Source of the DNA: an uncultured bacterium
GTDB taxonomy: Bacteria > Margulisbacteria > WOR-1 > CAVSGV01
Assembly: GCA_963768305.1 (NCBI GenBank)
Contig: CAVYHE010000005.1
Coordinates: 1-16,801 of the forward strand
DNA: 16,801 nucleotides
Direction of reading: 5' to 3'
Shown: piece by piece, positions 1 to 8,270 of the stretch
Numbering within the stretch: position 1 is the stretch's first letter
Layout of the letters: every line of letters begins with the position of its first letter
The notes under the pieces: generated by a model
Seen by the model: the letters and a program-made list of their open reading frames with translations, nothing else
Told to the model about the DNA's origin: nothing
Databases searched by the model: none
Position numbers and translations under genes: made by a program

Positions 1-277
1 GTCCATACTGTACAGGGACGCTTCAAAAGCGCAGATTGCCGCGGAATCATTGAAAATCACAGCAAAAGACCTTATCGAATTGAAAGTAATAGACGAGATA
101 ATTAAGGAACCGGTCGGCGGGGCCCATAATAATATCGAGGCGACAGCGAAGAACATAAAAGCAGCGCTCCTGCGCAATCTTTCGGAATTGAACCAGATCT
201 CAAAGGCAGAACTGGTTGAATCGCGATATAAAAAGTTCAGGTCATTAGGAATATTCGAAGAATTAAGCCCGCTGTAG
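1..277 (+). CDS. accA: Acetyl-CoA carboxylase carboxyltransferase subunit alpha, 3' part (runs off the window start)
   Basis: The frame is open from base 2: SILYRDASKAQIAAESLKITAKDLIELKVIDEIIKEPVGGAH...RYKKFRSLG. This is the typical AccA C-terminus (LKITA-DL, ID-II-EP-GGAH, RY-KFR-G). Confidence 0.93.
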   Translation, partial: SILYRDASKAQIAAESLKITAKDLIELKVIDEIIKEPVGGAHNNIEATAKNIKAALLRNLSELNQISKAELVESRYKKFRSLGIFEELSPL

Positions 278-283
278 CATCTT

Positions 284-328
284 GCCGAAGTGGCGGAACC
301 CCGCGATGCACGCAGGGCAGGTTGGCAG
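284..328 (+). pseudogene. Remnant of a tRNA-Leu 5' half (acceptor 5' strand plus interrupted D arm)
   Basis: GCCGAAG-TG-GCGGAA (284-298) parallels the 5' end of the intact tRNA-Leu at 354 (GCCGCTG-TG-GCGGAA). TTGGCAG (322-328) resumes the D-loop after 23 extra nt. No anticodon arm, T arm or matching acceptor 3' strand follows. Confidence 0.5.
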
Positions 329-353
329 TATTAAGTTTAGTGATCATTTGTAT

Positions 354-438
354 GCCGCTGTGGCGGAACTGGCAGACGCGCGTGACTCAAAATCACGTGA
401 GGTTTACCCTCATGTCGGTTCGACTCCGACCAGCGGCA
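354..438 (+). tRNA. tRNA-Leu(CAA)
   Basis: Cloverleaf: acceptor GCCGCTG/CAGCGGC, D arm GCGGAACTGGCAGACGC, anticodon stem CGTGA/TCACG with loop CTCAAAA (CAA at 388-390), long variable arm TGAGG-TTTAC-CCTCA, T arm GTCGG-TTCGACT-CCGAC, discriminator A. CCA is not encoded. Confidence 0.97.
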
Positions 439-448
439 ATTTGATCGA

Positions 449-531
449 GCCCGGGTGGTGAAATTGGTAGACACGTACGCTTCAGGTGCGTATGCCTAAA
501 CAGCATGGAGGTTCGAGTCCTCTCCCGGGCA
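449..531 (+). tRNA. tRNA-Leu(CAG)
   Basis: Acceptor GCCCGGG/CCCGGGC, D arm GTGAAATTGGTAGACAC, anticodon stem TACGC/GCGTA with loop TTCAGGT (CAG at 483-485), long variable arm, T arm GGAGG-TTCGAGT-CCTCT, discriminator A. CCA is not encoded. Confidence 0.97.
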
Positions 532-542
532 ATTTCCTGACC

Positions 543-2629
543 TTATCTTTTTAGCATGGCCTGATATTTTCTTTCAATAGCATTAATGCAGTTAATGGTA
601 TTCGGTGGAATGGAATTCGGATGCGTTTCAACCCACAACTTTACACATTTATTCACTTCCATAAAGCTTAATGGCGGATCATCAGGGGTGATATTATATT
701 CAAACACTTTTTTATCCTGAGGATCGTATGAACGTATATACTTATGAAAAAGATATTTTGCCGCGGGCTCGAAATTGCCCTTTTGCATTTGTCCCCTGAC
801 TTTATACCTGCAGAGATTACCTTCGTCAAAAACATAATTCTCTCCAGAGGTCGCCATGTCTTCAAATCTGTTGCACATCCCATATTCTCGCGCAAAATCA
901 AGGCTGTCAAAATTGCTCCTATCCATCTTGATCTTCCCGTAATCACCGCCCCAGATCTCTTGTTTTATGTTATCCCTGTTCCAACTGATGTTATAAAAGA
1001 ATCGCTTATAGCGTTAGGAATGTTGGGCCTGCAATAATATGTATTACCACTATTCATTTTATCATCCCAATGATGTATGATCTCATGAACAGCATCTCGG
1101 GTACTGCTAGAAGTCAATCGAATGCTTTTGTTCCCTGGATTATAATCCCCGGCGTTGCCGTTGCTTAGCTTTTCTTCGAATTGCAAGCAGCCTAAATCCT
1201 TAAAATGGGTCTCTGGAAGGAGTGAAAATGCCTCTTCCATTCCAGCCAGTTCTTCATCGGACTTCTGCCCTTTTATTGATTGGAAAGTCGCATTGAAAGA
1301 CTTGAGTCGGGCATTTCCCTGCATGCATAAGCCTTGCCTTTTCAACTCTACTATAGCTGAGGAAAAATATGGCCAATATTCCCCATAAAAACAATTAAAA
1401 TCACTATAACTACTAGCATCAAGTATCTTTGATTGATATTCTGTGGGTGGCTCTGACAATCGAGTGATAACATGCTGGAGGTTTTCTTTTTGAGACATTT
1501 CATGAAGAAATGACTTTAACTTTTCGATATTACCAGACAAATCCATATATGGAGCACTACAAGGCAACCCCCAAATTTTCCAACGCCCGTCGAGGTCTTG
1601 GTAAACCGCGAAATATCGCAAAATATTTGTTTTTGTTTCACAATCGACATTTTCAAATCCTAGTGAGGCTCCAAGATAAAGGTTTGTAATTTTCAAATTG
1701 CGAGAAAGAAGTATTAAAAATATAGCGGTTTTTAAATAATTATCATTATCGGAATATAACAAAAGACCTCCGTATTTCACATTAACCATAAATTGCGCGA
1801 TACTTTCGGAAGTTTGAAGTTCACATGACTCCATCTCGGCGAGAGCTATTTGTGATAATTTAATTAACCCTTTAAATGAATTGTTCTGGGAATATTTTGA
1901 ATTCATTAATATCTGGTTATATATCCGCTTGGCAGTTTTAATGTCCTTTTGATCATTTTGAAAGAATTCCGCCAGACCACATAGACGCCCAAAGGCAGTT
2001 CCCGATGAGTAAAATGAGGTCCACGGCATATCCATGATTTTATTAATAAAATAAACAATCATTGAATCGCTATCCATTGAAAAGAATTTATTTGAGTTAA
2101 ATAACACCCCTGGATAATTGCCAATAATGATATTATTAATGACAATAGACCTTAATGCCTCAGTGGATTCCTTTGCCTCAGGGAAAAACTTTATCTGTTC
2201 CGTATATGCAGCAATCGCGTTTTTAAAATCACTTTTCTGATCGTAACTGCGGCCAAGAATAAAGTAAGCGACCTTTATGTGTTCAGAAGAAGGATATTTA
2301 CTAATAAAATCCTTAATTGTCCCCGGATCGCTTGTATTTTCAAGGCATTTGTTCCAAGCAGCATCCTCTTCATATGCCGCATTGATTTCCCTGTTGTTAT
2401 AAAATCTGATTCCCAATGAGACCAATAAGCCTTTATCATACTTATTCAACAATTCTTCGACGCCTTTTGCTTCCTCAACGTCCAATGTGTCATCGCCGTT
2501 CGAGCAAGCGGCATAGGAGAACATTTCTTCTATCTTCTTTTTTCCGGAGACACGAACCGCCCTGGACAAAGTTCGGTCATAGATATTTTTGGCGTCATTG
2601 TCCTTAAATTTAATCGTACTTGTTGACAT
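543..2629 (-). CDS. TPR-containing protein with a C-terminal putative zinc metallopeptidase (HExxH...E) domain; one gene broken by a 1-nt frameshift near 995-998 (ORFs 965-2629 and 543-926)
   Basis: TPR-like segment FISKYPSSEHIKVAYFILGRSYDQKSDFKNAIAAYTEQIKFFPEAKESTEAL. GDYNPGNKSIRL...HEIIH at 1073-1087. The downstream frame is open from about 995 to 543 and reads FYNISWNRD...FAREYGMCNRFEDMA, supplying a candidate third Zn ligand (Glu at 861-863). Adding one T to the minus-strand T4 run gives 695 aa. Confidence 0.7.
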
Positions 2630-2643
2630 ATATCATCTAAGAT

Positions 2644-2670
2644 ATATCGTCAAATTTGAAACAAAATTTC
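2644..2670 (-). promoter_or_regulatory. Putative sigma28/sigmaD-type promoter for the TPR-metallopeptidase gene
   Basis: The minus strand reads GAAA-N15-GACGATAT, against the consensus TAAA-N15-GCCGATAA/T. The -10 box ends 14 nt before the ATG at 2629. Confidence 0.5.
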
Positions 2671-2722
2671 ATTAAATCACGAGGATTCCTTATGCGAATG
2701 AAGGACAGATTAAGAAATACTA

Positions 2723-3298
2723 CTAATAGTTTTCTGCTAAGACCTCGTAATATGCCTGGGGATGAGCGCAGGCGGGGCATTTATTCGGGGCATCTTTCCC
2801 TTCGTGAACATAACCGCAATTCCTGCAGTGCCACTTAACGACCGTATCGCGCTTGAAAACCTTGCCTTCCTTTACATTCTTCAGAAGTTTCCTGTACCGG
2901 CTTTCATGCTGTTCCTCTACTTCGGATATCTCCTTGAACAGCCTGGCAATATCCGAAAAACCCTCATCTGCGGCAATCTGCTCAAAATTCTTATAAAGCT
3001 CCGTCCATTCATGATGCTCACCGGCTGCGGCCGCCTCAAGATTACAAGCGGTATCGCCGACCACTCCCGCGGGATACGCGGCCGTTATCTCCACATCTCC
3101 GCCCTCCAATGCATAAAAGAATTTTTTTGCATGCTCCTTTTCATTTTCCGCGGTTTCCAGGAATATGGCCGATATCTGCTCGAAACCTTCTTTTTTTGCC
3201 GCGGAAGCAAAATACGTATATCGATTTCTTGCCTGTGATTCTCCCGCGAACGCTGTCAAAAGATTTTTTTCGGTCTTAGTCCCTTTTAAGCTTTTCAT
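2723..3298 (-). CDS. rbr: Rubrerythrin
   Basis: AFAGESQARNRY, ENEKEHA and EEQHE diiron motifs. C-terminal rubredoxin-like CRNCGY...CPACAHP. AGGA RBS upstream. Confidence 0.96.
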   Translation of the reverse strand: MKSLKGTKTEKNLLTAFAGESQARNRYTYFASAAKKEGFEQISAIFLETAENEKEHAKKFFYALEGGDVEITAAYPAGVVGDTACNLEAAAAGEHHEWTELYKNFEQIAADEGFSDIARLFKEISEVEEQHESRYRKLLKNVKEGKVFKRDTVVKWHCRNCGYVHEGKDAPNKCPACAHPQAYYEVLAENY

Positions 3299-3307
3299 AT
3301 TAACGTC

Positions 3308-4660
3308 CTATTTAACGACCGGAATATGCTTTAACGCTTCTTTTATCTCATCTGCGGGATACGCGAAATCCTTTATTTTTCCCGAAAGGTACGCATCATA
3401 CGCGGCAAGGTCAAAGTGCCCGTGTCCGCTGAAATTGAACACTATCACTTTTTCTTCAGTCGCGCAGAGCGCTTCATCAATAGCAGCTTTTATCGCATGG
3501 GTTGTTTCAGGCGCCGGCAGGATGCCTTCTGTCTTCGCGAAAAGGATCCCTGCCTCAAAACATTCCGTTTGATGATAAGCCCTGGGTTCAACGATCTTCT
3601 GGTCCACAAGCAGGCTGAGAAGCGGAGCATTTCCATGATACCTGAGCCCTCCAGCATGGATGCCTGACGGGACAAAAGTGTGCCCGAGAGTATGCATCAG
3701 CACAAGCGGCGTCATCCCGGCTGTATCGCCAAAATCATAGCGATACGGCCCTTTTGTCATTGTCGGGCACGCCATGGGTTCCACCGCGACGAATTTAATG
3801 TTCTTACCGCCTTTGATCTTATCTTTAATGAACGGGAAGCAAAATCCCGAGAAATTGCTCCCGCCGCCCACGCAACCGATCATTACGTCAGGGCCTTTTT
3901 CACCGGCGATCTTAAGCTGTTCTTTTACCTCCAGGCCGACGATCGTCTGATGAAGCAAGACGTGATTTAAAACTGAACCAAGCGAATATTTTGTGTCTTC
4001 ACGCTTAGCAGCATCTTCCACAGCTTCAGATATGGCAATGCCCAGGCTTCCCAGCGTGCCCGGCGTTTCCTTGTTTATCTTTCTTCCAGCTTCAGTTTTC
4101 ATCGTCGGTGAAGGATCTACTGTCGCGCCCCAGGTCTGCATCAAAATTTTTCTGTATGGCTTTTGCTCATAACTGACCTTTACCATATATACCTGGCACT
4201 CAAGCCCGAAGATATTGCACGCAAATGCCAGCGCGCTCCCCCACTGTCCCGCTCCTGTCTCCGTAGCTATCCTCTTCACACCTTCTTTCTTGTTGTAATA
4301 GGCCTGCGCTACCGCCGTATTGGGCTTATGCGACCCCGCCGGAGAAACGCTTTCATTTTTGTAATATATCCTCGCTTTGGTCTTCAAGGCTTTTTCGAGA
4401 TTGTAAGCACGCACCAGCGGAGTAGGCCTCCACATTTTATATATCTCTATTAATTCATCCGGTATCTCTATCCAGGGGTCAGCGGAAACCTCCTGTTTTA
4501 TCAATGCCATCGGGAACAGAGGCGCCAGGTCCTGAGGGCCTATAGGCTGCAGCGTTCCCGGATGCAGAGGCGGAGCCGGAGGCTTGGGAAGATCGGGAAT
4601 AATGTTGTACCATTTCTGCGGAATATCCTTTTCGCTGAGCAATATCTTCTTTTCTTTCAC
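3308..4660 (-). CDS. trpB2: TrpB2-type (stand-alone, TrpB-like) PLP-dependent tryptophan synthase beta
   Basis: PLP lysine motif [36 protein letters not shown] and FNFSGHG. Start moved to GTG at 4660 (AGAGGGGG RBS upstream), giving 450 aa. Confidence 0.92.
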   Translation of the reverse strand: MKEKKILLSEKDIPQKWYNIIPDLPKPPAPPLHPGTLQPIGPQDLAPLFPMALIKQEVSADPWIEIPDELIEIYKMWRPTPLVRAYNLEKALKTKARIYYKNESVSPAGSHKPNTAVAQAYYNKKEGVKRIATETGAGQWGSALAFACNIFGLECQVYMVKVSYEQKPYRKILMQTWGATVDPSPTMKTEAGRKINKETPGTLGSLGIAISEAVEDAAKREDTKYSLGSVLNHVLLHQTIVGLEVKEQLKIAGEKGPDVMIGCVGGGSNFSGFCFPFIKDKIKGGKNIKFVAVEPMACPTMTKGPYRYDFGDTAGMTPLVLMHTLGHTFVPSGIHAGGLRYHGNAPLLSLLVDQKIVEPRAYHQTECFEAGILFAKTEGILPAPETTHAIKAAIDEALCATEEKVIVFNFSGHGHFDLAAYDAYLSGKIKDFAYPADEIKEALKHIPVVK

Positions 4661-4683
4661 TTTAATACCCCCTCTTTGAACTT

Positions 4684-5439
4684 TTAATCCAGCAAATTGA
4701 ATTCTATCACCGCAATGGCCAGCATTACAAGAGCAAAAAAACATAATACCGTCAGGTCCAGGGTCAACGGAAGGGCATGCACGCGAAGCATTGTCCCCCT
4801 AAGAAGGTCGACGCCGTATGTAAGAGGATCTATGCGAGTAAGCAGCGTCAGCCACGGCGGAAGCTTGTCAAGGGGAAAGAGTGCGCCGGAAAGGAAGAAT
4901 ATGGGCATGATAAGGAAGTTGACGATCACCTGAAATCCTTCCATTTCTTTTATTCTTGCGCCGATCATTATCCCCAGGGCCGACATCGCGAACGCTATAG
5001 CGAACATCACGATAAGGCTCGTCAAAAGCACTAAAGGCGAAAACCTTATCCCTACAAGAGGCGAAAGCGACAGCATTATCATTCCCTGAAAAAAAGCGAC
5101 GCTGGCACCCCCGAAAGCCTTCCCGATGGATATGGCCCAGCGCGAAACGGGCGCGACCATCACTTCCTTAAGAAAGCCGAATTCCCTGTCCCACACTATC
5201 GACATGCCGGAAAAAACAGAAGTAAAAAGTATGGTCATGCTAACGATCCCGGGGAAAATGAATTCCGTGAAATTAACGCCCTGGGCTCCTTTAAAACTGG
5301 GCGAAAGAGCGCTTCCAAGCACAAAAAGGAACAAAAGCGGCTGCCCCAGCGAAGCGATTATTCGCGGTTTGTCATACCAATATCTTTTAACGTCCCTCAA
5401 CCAGAGGGTGAAGATCGCGCCTATATCCTCAAGTATCAT
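4684..5439 (-). CDS. ABC-2 type exporter permease (DrrB-like)
   Basis: About six hydrophobic segments, [30 protein letters not shown] and [11 protein letters not shown] at 5439 overlaps the ATPase stop (ATGA) and has a GGAGG RBS. Confidence 0.9.
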   Translation of the reverse strand: MILEDIGAIFTLWLRDVKRYWYDKPRIIASLGQPLLFLFVLGSALSPSFKGAQGVNFTEFIFPGIVSMTILFTSVFSGMSIVWDREFGFLKEVMVAPVSRWAISIGKAFGGASVAFFQGMIMLSLSPLVGIRFSPLVLLTSLIVMFAIAFAMSALGIMIGARIKEMEGFQVIVNFLIMPIFFLSGALFPLDKLPPWLTLLTRIDPLTYGVDLLRGTMLRVHALPLTLDLTVLCFFALVMLAIAVIEFNLLD

Positions 5440-6212
5440 CGTCTCCTCCACATGGGAGCGGATGAATCGTTCGACTGGGGCCTTATCTGCCTGCCGGTTA
5501 ATTGCAGAAAAACATCTTCAAGTGTCTTTTCGTGGTATTTATCTTTCAATGCGGCCGGCGAATCAATATCAACGATCTTTCCGTGGTCGATTATGGCTAC
5601 GCGGTCGCAGATCTCGGCTTCCTGCATATAATGCGTGGTCATAAAAATGCTGAGGCCCGTTTCATTGCGCATCTTCACGATATAATCCCAAATAGCCGCC
5701 CTTGTCTGCGGGTCCAGCCCGATGGTCGGCTCGTCCAGAAACAATATTTTCGGGCGGTGCATAAGTCCGCGCGCTATCTCAAGCCGCCTCTTCATGCCCC
5801 CGGAAAATTTCTTGACTATTTCGCCCCTCCTGTCGAGCAACTCAACCAATTCAAGGACTTCGGGGATCCTTTGTTCGATCGTCTCTTTCTTCATGTGATA
5901 AAGATAGCCGTGGAACCGTAAATTATCATTGACGGTAAGGCGGTCATCCAGCGACGGGTCCTGGAATATTATGCCGATCTCTTTCCGAACGAGATTCGGG
6001 TTTTTAGCCACATCGTGGCCCGAGATAAGAGCCGTCCCAGAGGTCGGCTTTAGAAGGGTGCAAAGCATGCTGATGGTGGTTGTTTTTCCTGCGCCGTTCG
6101 GGCCAAGGAATCCGAATATCTCCCCTTTATTCACCGCAAAAGAAACGCAGTCAACCGCAGTTAAGTGGCCGAATTTGCGAGAAATACATTTGACATCGAT
6201 AGCTGTTTCCAT
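5436..6212 (-). CDS. ABC exporter ATP-binding protein (DrrA-like, short form)
   Basis: Walker A GPNGAGKTT, signature FSGGMKRR, Walker B ILFLDEPT, H-loop TTHYM and terminal TLEDVFLQLTG. Confidence 0.93.
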   Translation of the reverse strand: METAIDVKCISRKFGHLTAVDCVSFAVNKGEIFGFLGPNGAGKTTTISMLCTLLKPTSGTALISGHDVAKNPNLVRKEIGIIFQDPSLDDRLTVNDNLRFHGYLYHMKKETIEQRIPEVLELVELLDRRGEIVKKFSGGMKRRLEIARGLMHRPKILFLDEPTIGLDPQTRAAIWDYIVKMRNETGLSIFMTTHYMQEAEICDRVAIIDHGKIVDIDSPAALKDKYHEKTLEDVFLQLTGRQIRPQSNDSSAPMWRRR

Positions 6213-6220
6213 TTCGGGAG

Positions 6221-6229
6221 ATTATATCA
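6221..6229 (-). promoter_or_regulatory. Extended -10 promoter (TGnTATAAT) for the ABC exporter and possibly trpB2/rbr
   Basis: The minus strand reads TGATATAAT, then 8 nt, then the ATG at 6212. No SD sequence in between. Confidence 0.65.
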
Positions 6230-6264
6230 TTTATTTATCGAATCTCGAAGCGTGTTTAAGAAAG

Positions 6265-6273
6265 TGTTATAAT
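6265..6273 (+). promoter_or_regulatory. Extended -10 promoter (TGnTATAAT) for thioesterase-nadB
   Basis: TGTTATAAT, then 6 nt, then the ATG at 6280. No SD sequence. Confidence 0.7.
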
Positions 6274-6279
6274 GCCTTT

Positions 6280-6672
6280 ATGACGGACCACGAAACAAAA
6301 ATTGTCGTTCGATATTCGGAAACAGATCAAATGGGACGAGTATATTATTCCCGGTACCTTGAATGGTTCGAGTTGGGACGCGCAGAACACCTTAAATCCG
6401 TCGGTTTCCCCTATTCTGACATGGAAAAACTGGGCCTTTTTCTGGTCGTCGCCGATACATATATAAAGTACATAAAACCGGCAAGATATGAGGAAACTAT
6501 CATCGTCAAGACCATGATCAAAGAAATTAATAAAGCCAGCGTTGTCTTTGAATATGAGGTCAAAAATGAAAGCACAAAAGAGCTGCTTGCGACCGGTAAT
6601 TCAAAGCTTGTGGCTGTGACAAAAGACGGCAAGGTTACTTCGATTACCGATAACATCAGAAGGCTCCTGTGA
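6280..6672 (+). CDS. Acyl-CoA thioesterase, YbgC/FadM (4HBT hotdog) family
   Basis: VRYSETDQMGRVYYSRYLEWFELGR, YIKPARYEE. True start is ATG 6280 (130 aa). The upstream extension in the ORF track is antisense to the ABC ATPase. Confidence 0.9.
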   Translation: MTDHETKIVVRYSETDQMGRVYYSRYLEWFELGRAEHLKSVGFPYSDMEKLGLFLVVADTYIKYIKPARYEETIIVKTMIKEINKASVVFEYEVKNESTKELLATGNSKLVAVTKDGKVTSITDNIRRLL

Positions 6673-8270
6673 TCAACAAAGAAGAAGTCATTAAGTGCGA
6701 CCTGCTGATAATCGGCGGAGGAATAGCGGGGCTTTCTGCCGGGATCGAAGCAAGCCACAGCGGCAAGGTCATCCTCCTCACAAAAGGAAAGACCGGCGAA
6801 ACAGCCACTGAATACGCGCAGGGCGGCATTGCGGCGGCAATCGACGAAGAAAAGGATTCTCCCCTCTTCCACATGCAGGATACTCTCGATGTCGGCGCCG
6901 GATTAAGCGACGAAACCGCTGTAAAGATCCTTGTCAATGACGGCGTGAAAAGGGTCCATGAGCTCATAAAGATGGGCGTTCAGTTCGACAAGATCGGCGA
7001 CGTGTACGAGCTTGCATTGGAAGGCGCGCACAGCCACAGGAGGATACTTCACGCCGGAGACGCCACGGGTTCCGAAATAGAAAGAGGTCTTGCCGCAACT
7101 TTGTTGAAGGAAAAGCTGGTGGATGTCCGAAATTTCATATGCGGAAAAGACCTGCTTATTAAGAACAACAGATGCATAGGAGCGGAAGTAATTGACACCC
7201 AAAATCACAGGAAAATGATCTTTCTTGCTAAAGCGACTTTGCTCGCGACCGGAGGCGTAGGCCAGGTCTACCTGCATAATACCAATCCCTCTTTCGCAAC
7301 AGGCGACGGAATAGCGATGGCTTACAGGGCCGGGGCGGAGCTCACCGACATGGAATTCGTACAATTCCACCCGACAACGCTTTTTATCAGCAATATCGTG
7401 GAAACAAGATTTTTGATATCCGAGGCGGTCAGGGGCGAAGGCGCCATACTTGAAAACACTATGGGCGAAAGGTTCATGCCGAAATACCACCTTTTAAAAG
7501 AATTGGCCCCCCGCGACGTGGTATCAAGATCGATACTCGCGGAAATGAATGCGACCGGTTCGGACCACGTGTACTTGAACCTGTCGCCGATCGGCGCAGA
7601 CAAGATCAAAACAAGATTTCCGAAGATATATGAGGAATGTTTGGAACGCGGGATCGACATTACGCAAGAAAAGATCCCCGTCACTCCGGCGGCGCATTAT
7701 TTTATGGGAGGAATAAAGATAGATACCGACGGCAGGACTAATATCGCGGGGCTTTACGCGGCCGGAGAAGTGTCTTCATCGGGGATCCACGGAGCCAACA
7801 GGCTTGCCAGCAATTCCCTGCTTGACGGACTTGTATTCGGATACAGGGCAGCTCTGAATGCGATGCGTCAAAGCAGTTCACCGGAGATCGACAGGATAAT
7901 AGAAAGTTATAAGCCTAAATTGACCGGACAAATACCGCCTGTTATGGCACTTGACGAGATAAAGCGTTTAAAACAGGGCCTAAAGACCATAATGTGGGAA
8001 AAAGTCGGCATTATCCGCAACGGAAAAGATCTAAGGTCCGCGCTTTTTGAGTTAAAGAAGATCAACAGTAAGATCAAGCATATCCCCGACAACAAGGATG
8101 AACTGGAACTGAAGAACATGGTCACAACTTCCATATTGATAGCGCAGGCGGCTTGCAATCGGAAAGAATCCCGCGGCGCCCATAACAGGTCTGATTTCCC
8201 ACTGCAGGACGACATCCGCTGGAGAAGGCACCAGATATTCAAAAAGCGGAAGCTATTTTTCCCGGGGTAA
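6669..8270 (+). CDS. nadB: L-aspartate oxidase
   Basis: FAD-binding IIGGGIAGL, YAQGGIAA, EGAHSHRRILHAGDATG, EFVQFHPT, LISEAVRGEG, ELAPRDVVSR, HYFMGG, HGANRLASNSLL and ESRGAH. The GTG start overlaps the thioesterase stop. Confidence 0.96.
   Translation: MINKEEVIKCDLLIIGGGIAGLSAGIEASHSGKVILLTKGKTGETATEYAQGGIAAAIDEEKDSPLFHMQDTLDVGAGLSDETAVKILVNDGVKRVHELIKMGVQFDKIGDVYELALEGAHSHRRILHAGDATGSEIERGLAATLLKEKLVDVRNFICGKDLLIKNNRCIGAEVIDTQNHRKMIFLAKATLLATGGVGQVYLHNTNPSFATGDGIAMAYRAGAELTDMEFVQFHPTTLFISNIVETRFLISEAVRGEGAILENTMGERFMPKYHLLKELAPRDVVSRSILAEMNATGSDHVYLNLSPIGADKIKTRFPKIYEECLERGIDITQEKIPVTPAAHYFMGGIKIDTDGRTNIAGLYAAGEVSSSGIHGANRLASNSLLDGLVFGYRAALNAMRQSSSPEIDRIIESYKPKLTGQIPPVMALDEIKRLKQGLKTIMWEKVGIIRNGKDLRSALFELKKINSKIKHIPDNKDELELKNMVTTSILIAQAACNRKESRGAHNRSDFPLQDDIRWRRHQIFKKRKLFFPG

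Noticed and set aside
2687..2705. Hairpin TCCTTAT-GCGA-ATGAAGGA as an intrinsic terminator after rbr
   Set aside because: The stem is bulged and AT-rich, with no convincing U-tract on either strand. Too weak to call.
3308..4660. TrpB without trpA as an anomaly
   Set aside because: Stand-alone TrpB2 genes outside trp operons are well known.
4661..4744. N-terminal extension of TrpB2
   Set aside because: It overlaps the permease 3' end. The RBS and family-like sequence start at GTG 4660.
5485..5500. CTGCCTGCCGG as a REP-like palindromic insertion
   Set aside because: Only a half-site is present, and it encodes the conserved LTGR motif of the ATPase tail.
5929..6279. N-terminal 117-aa extension of the thioesterase ORF
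   Set aside because: It is antisense to the ABC ATPase, and an extended -10 box lies just before ATG 6280.
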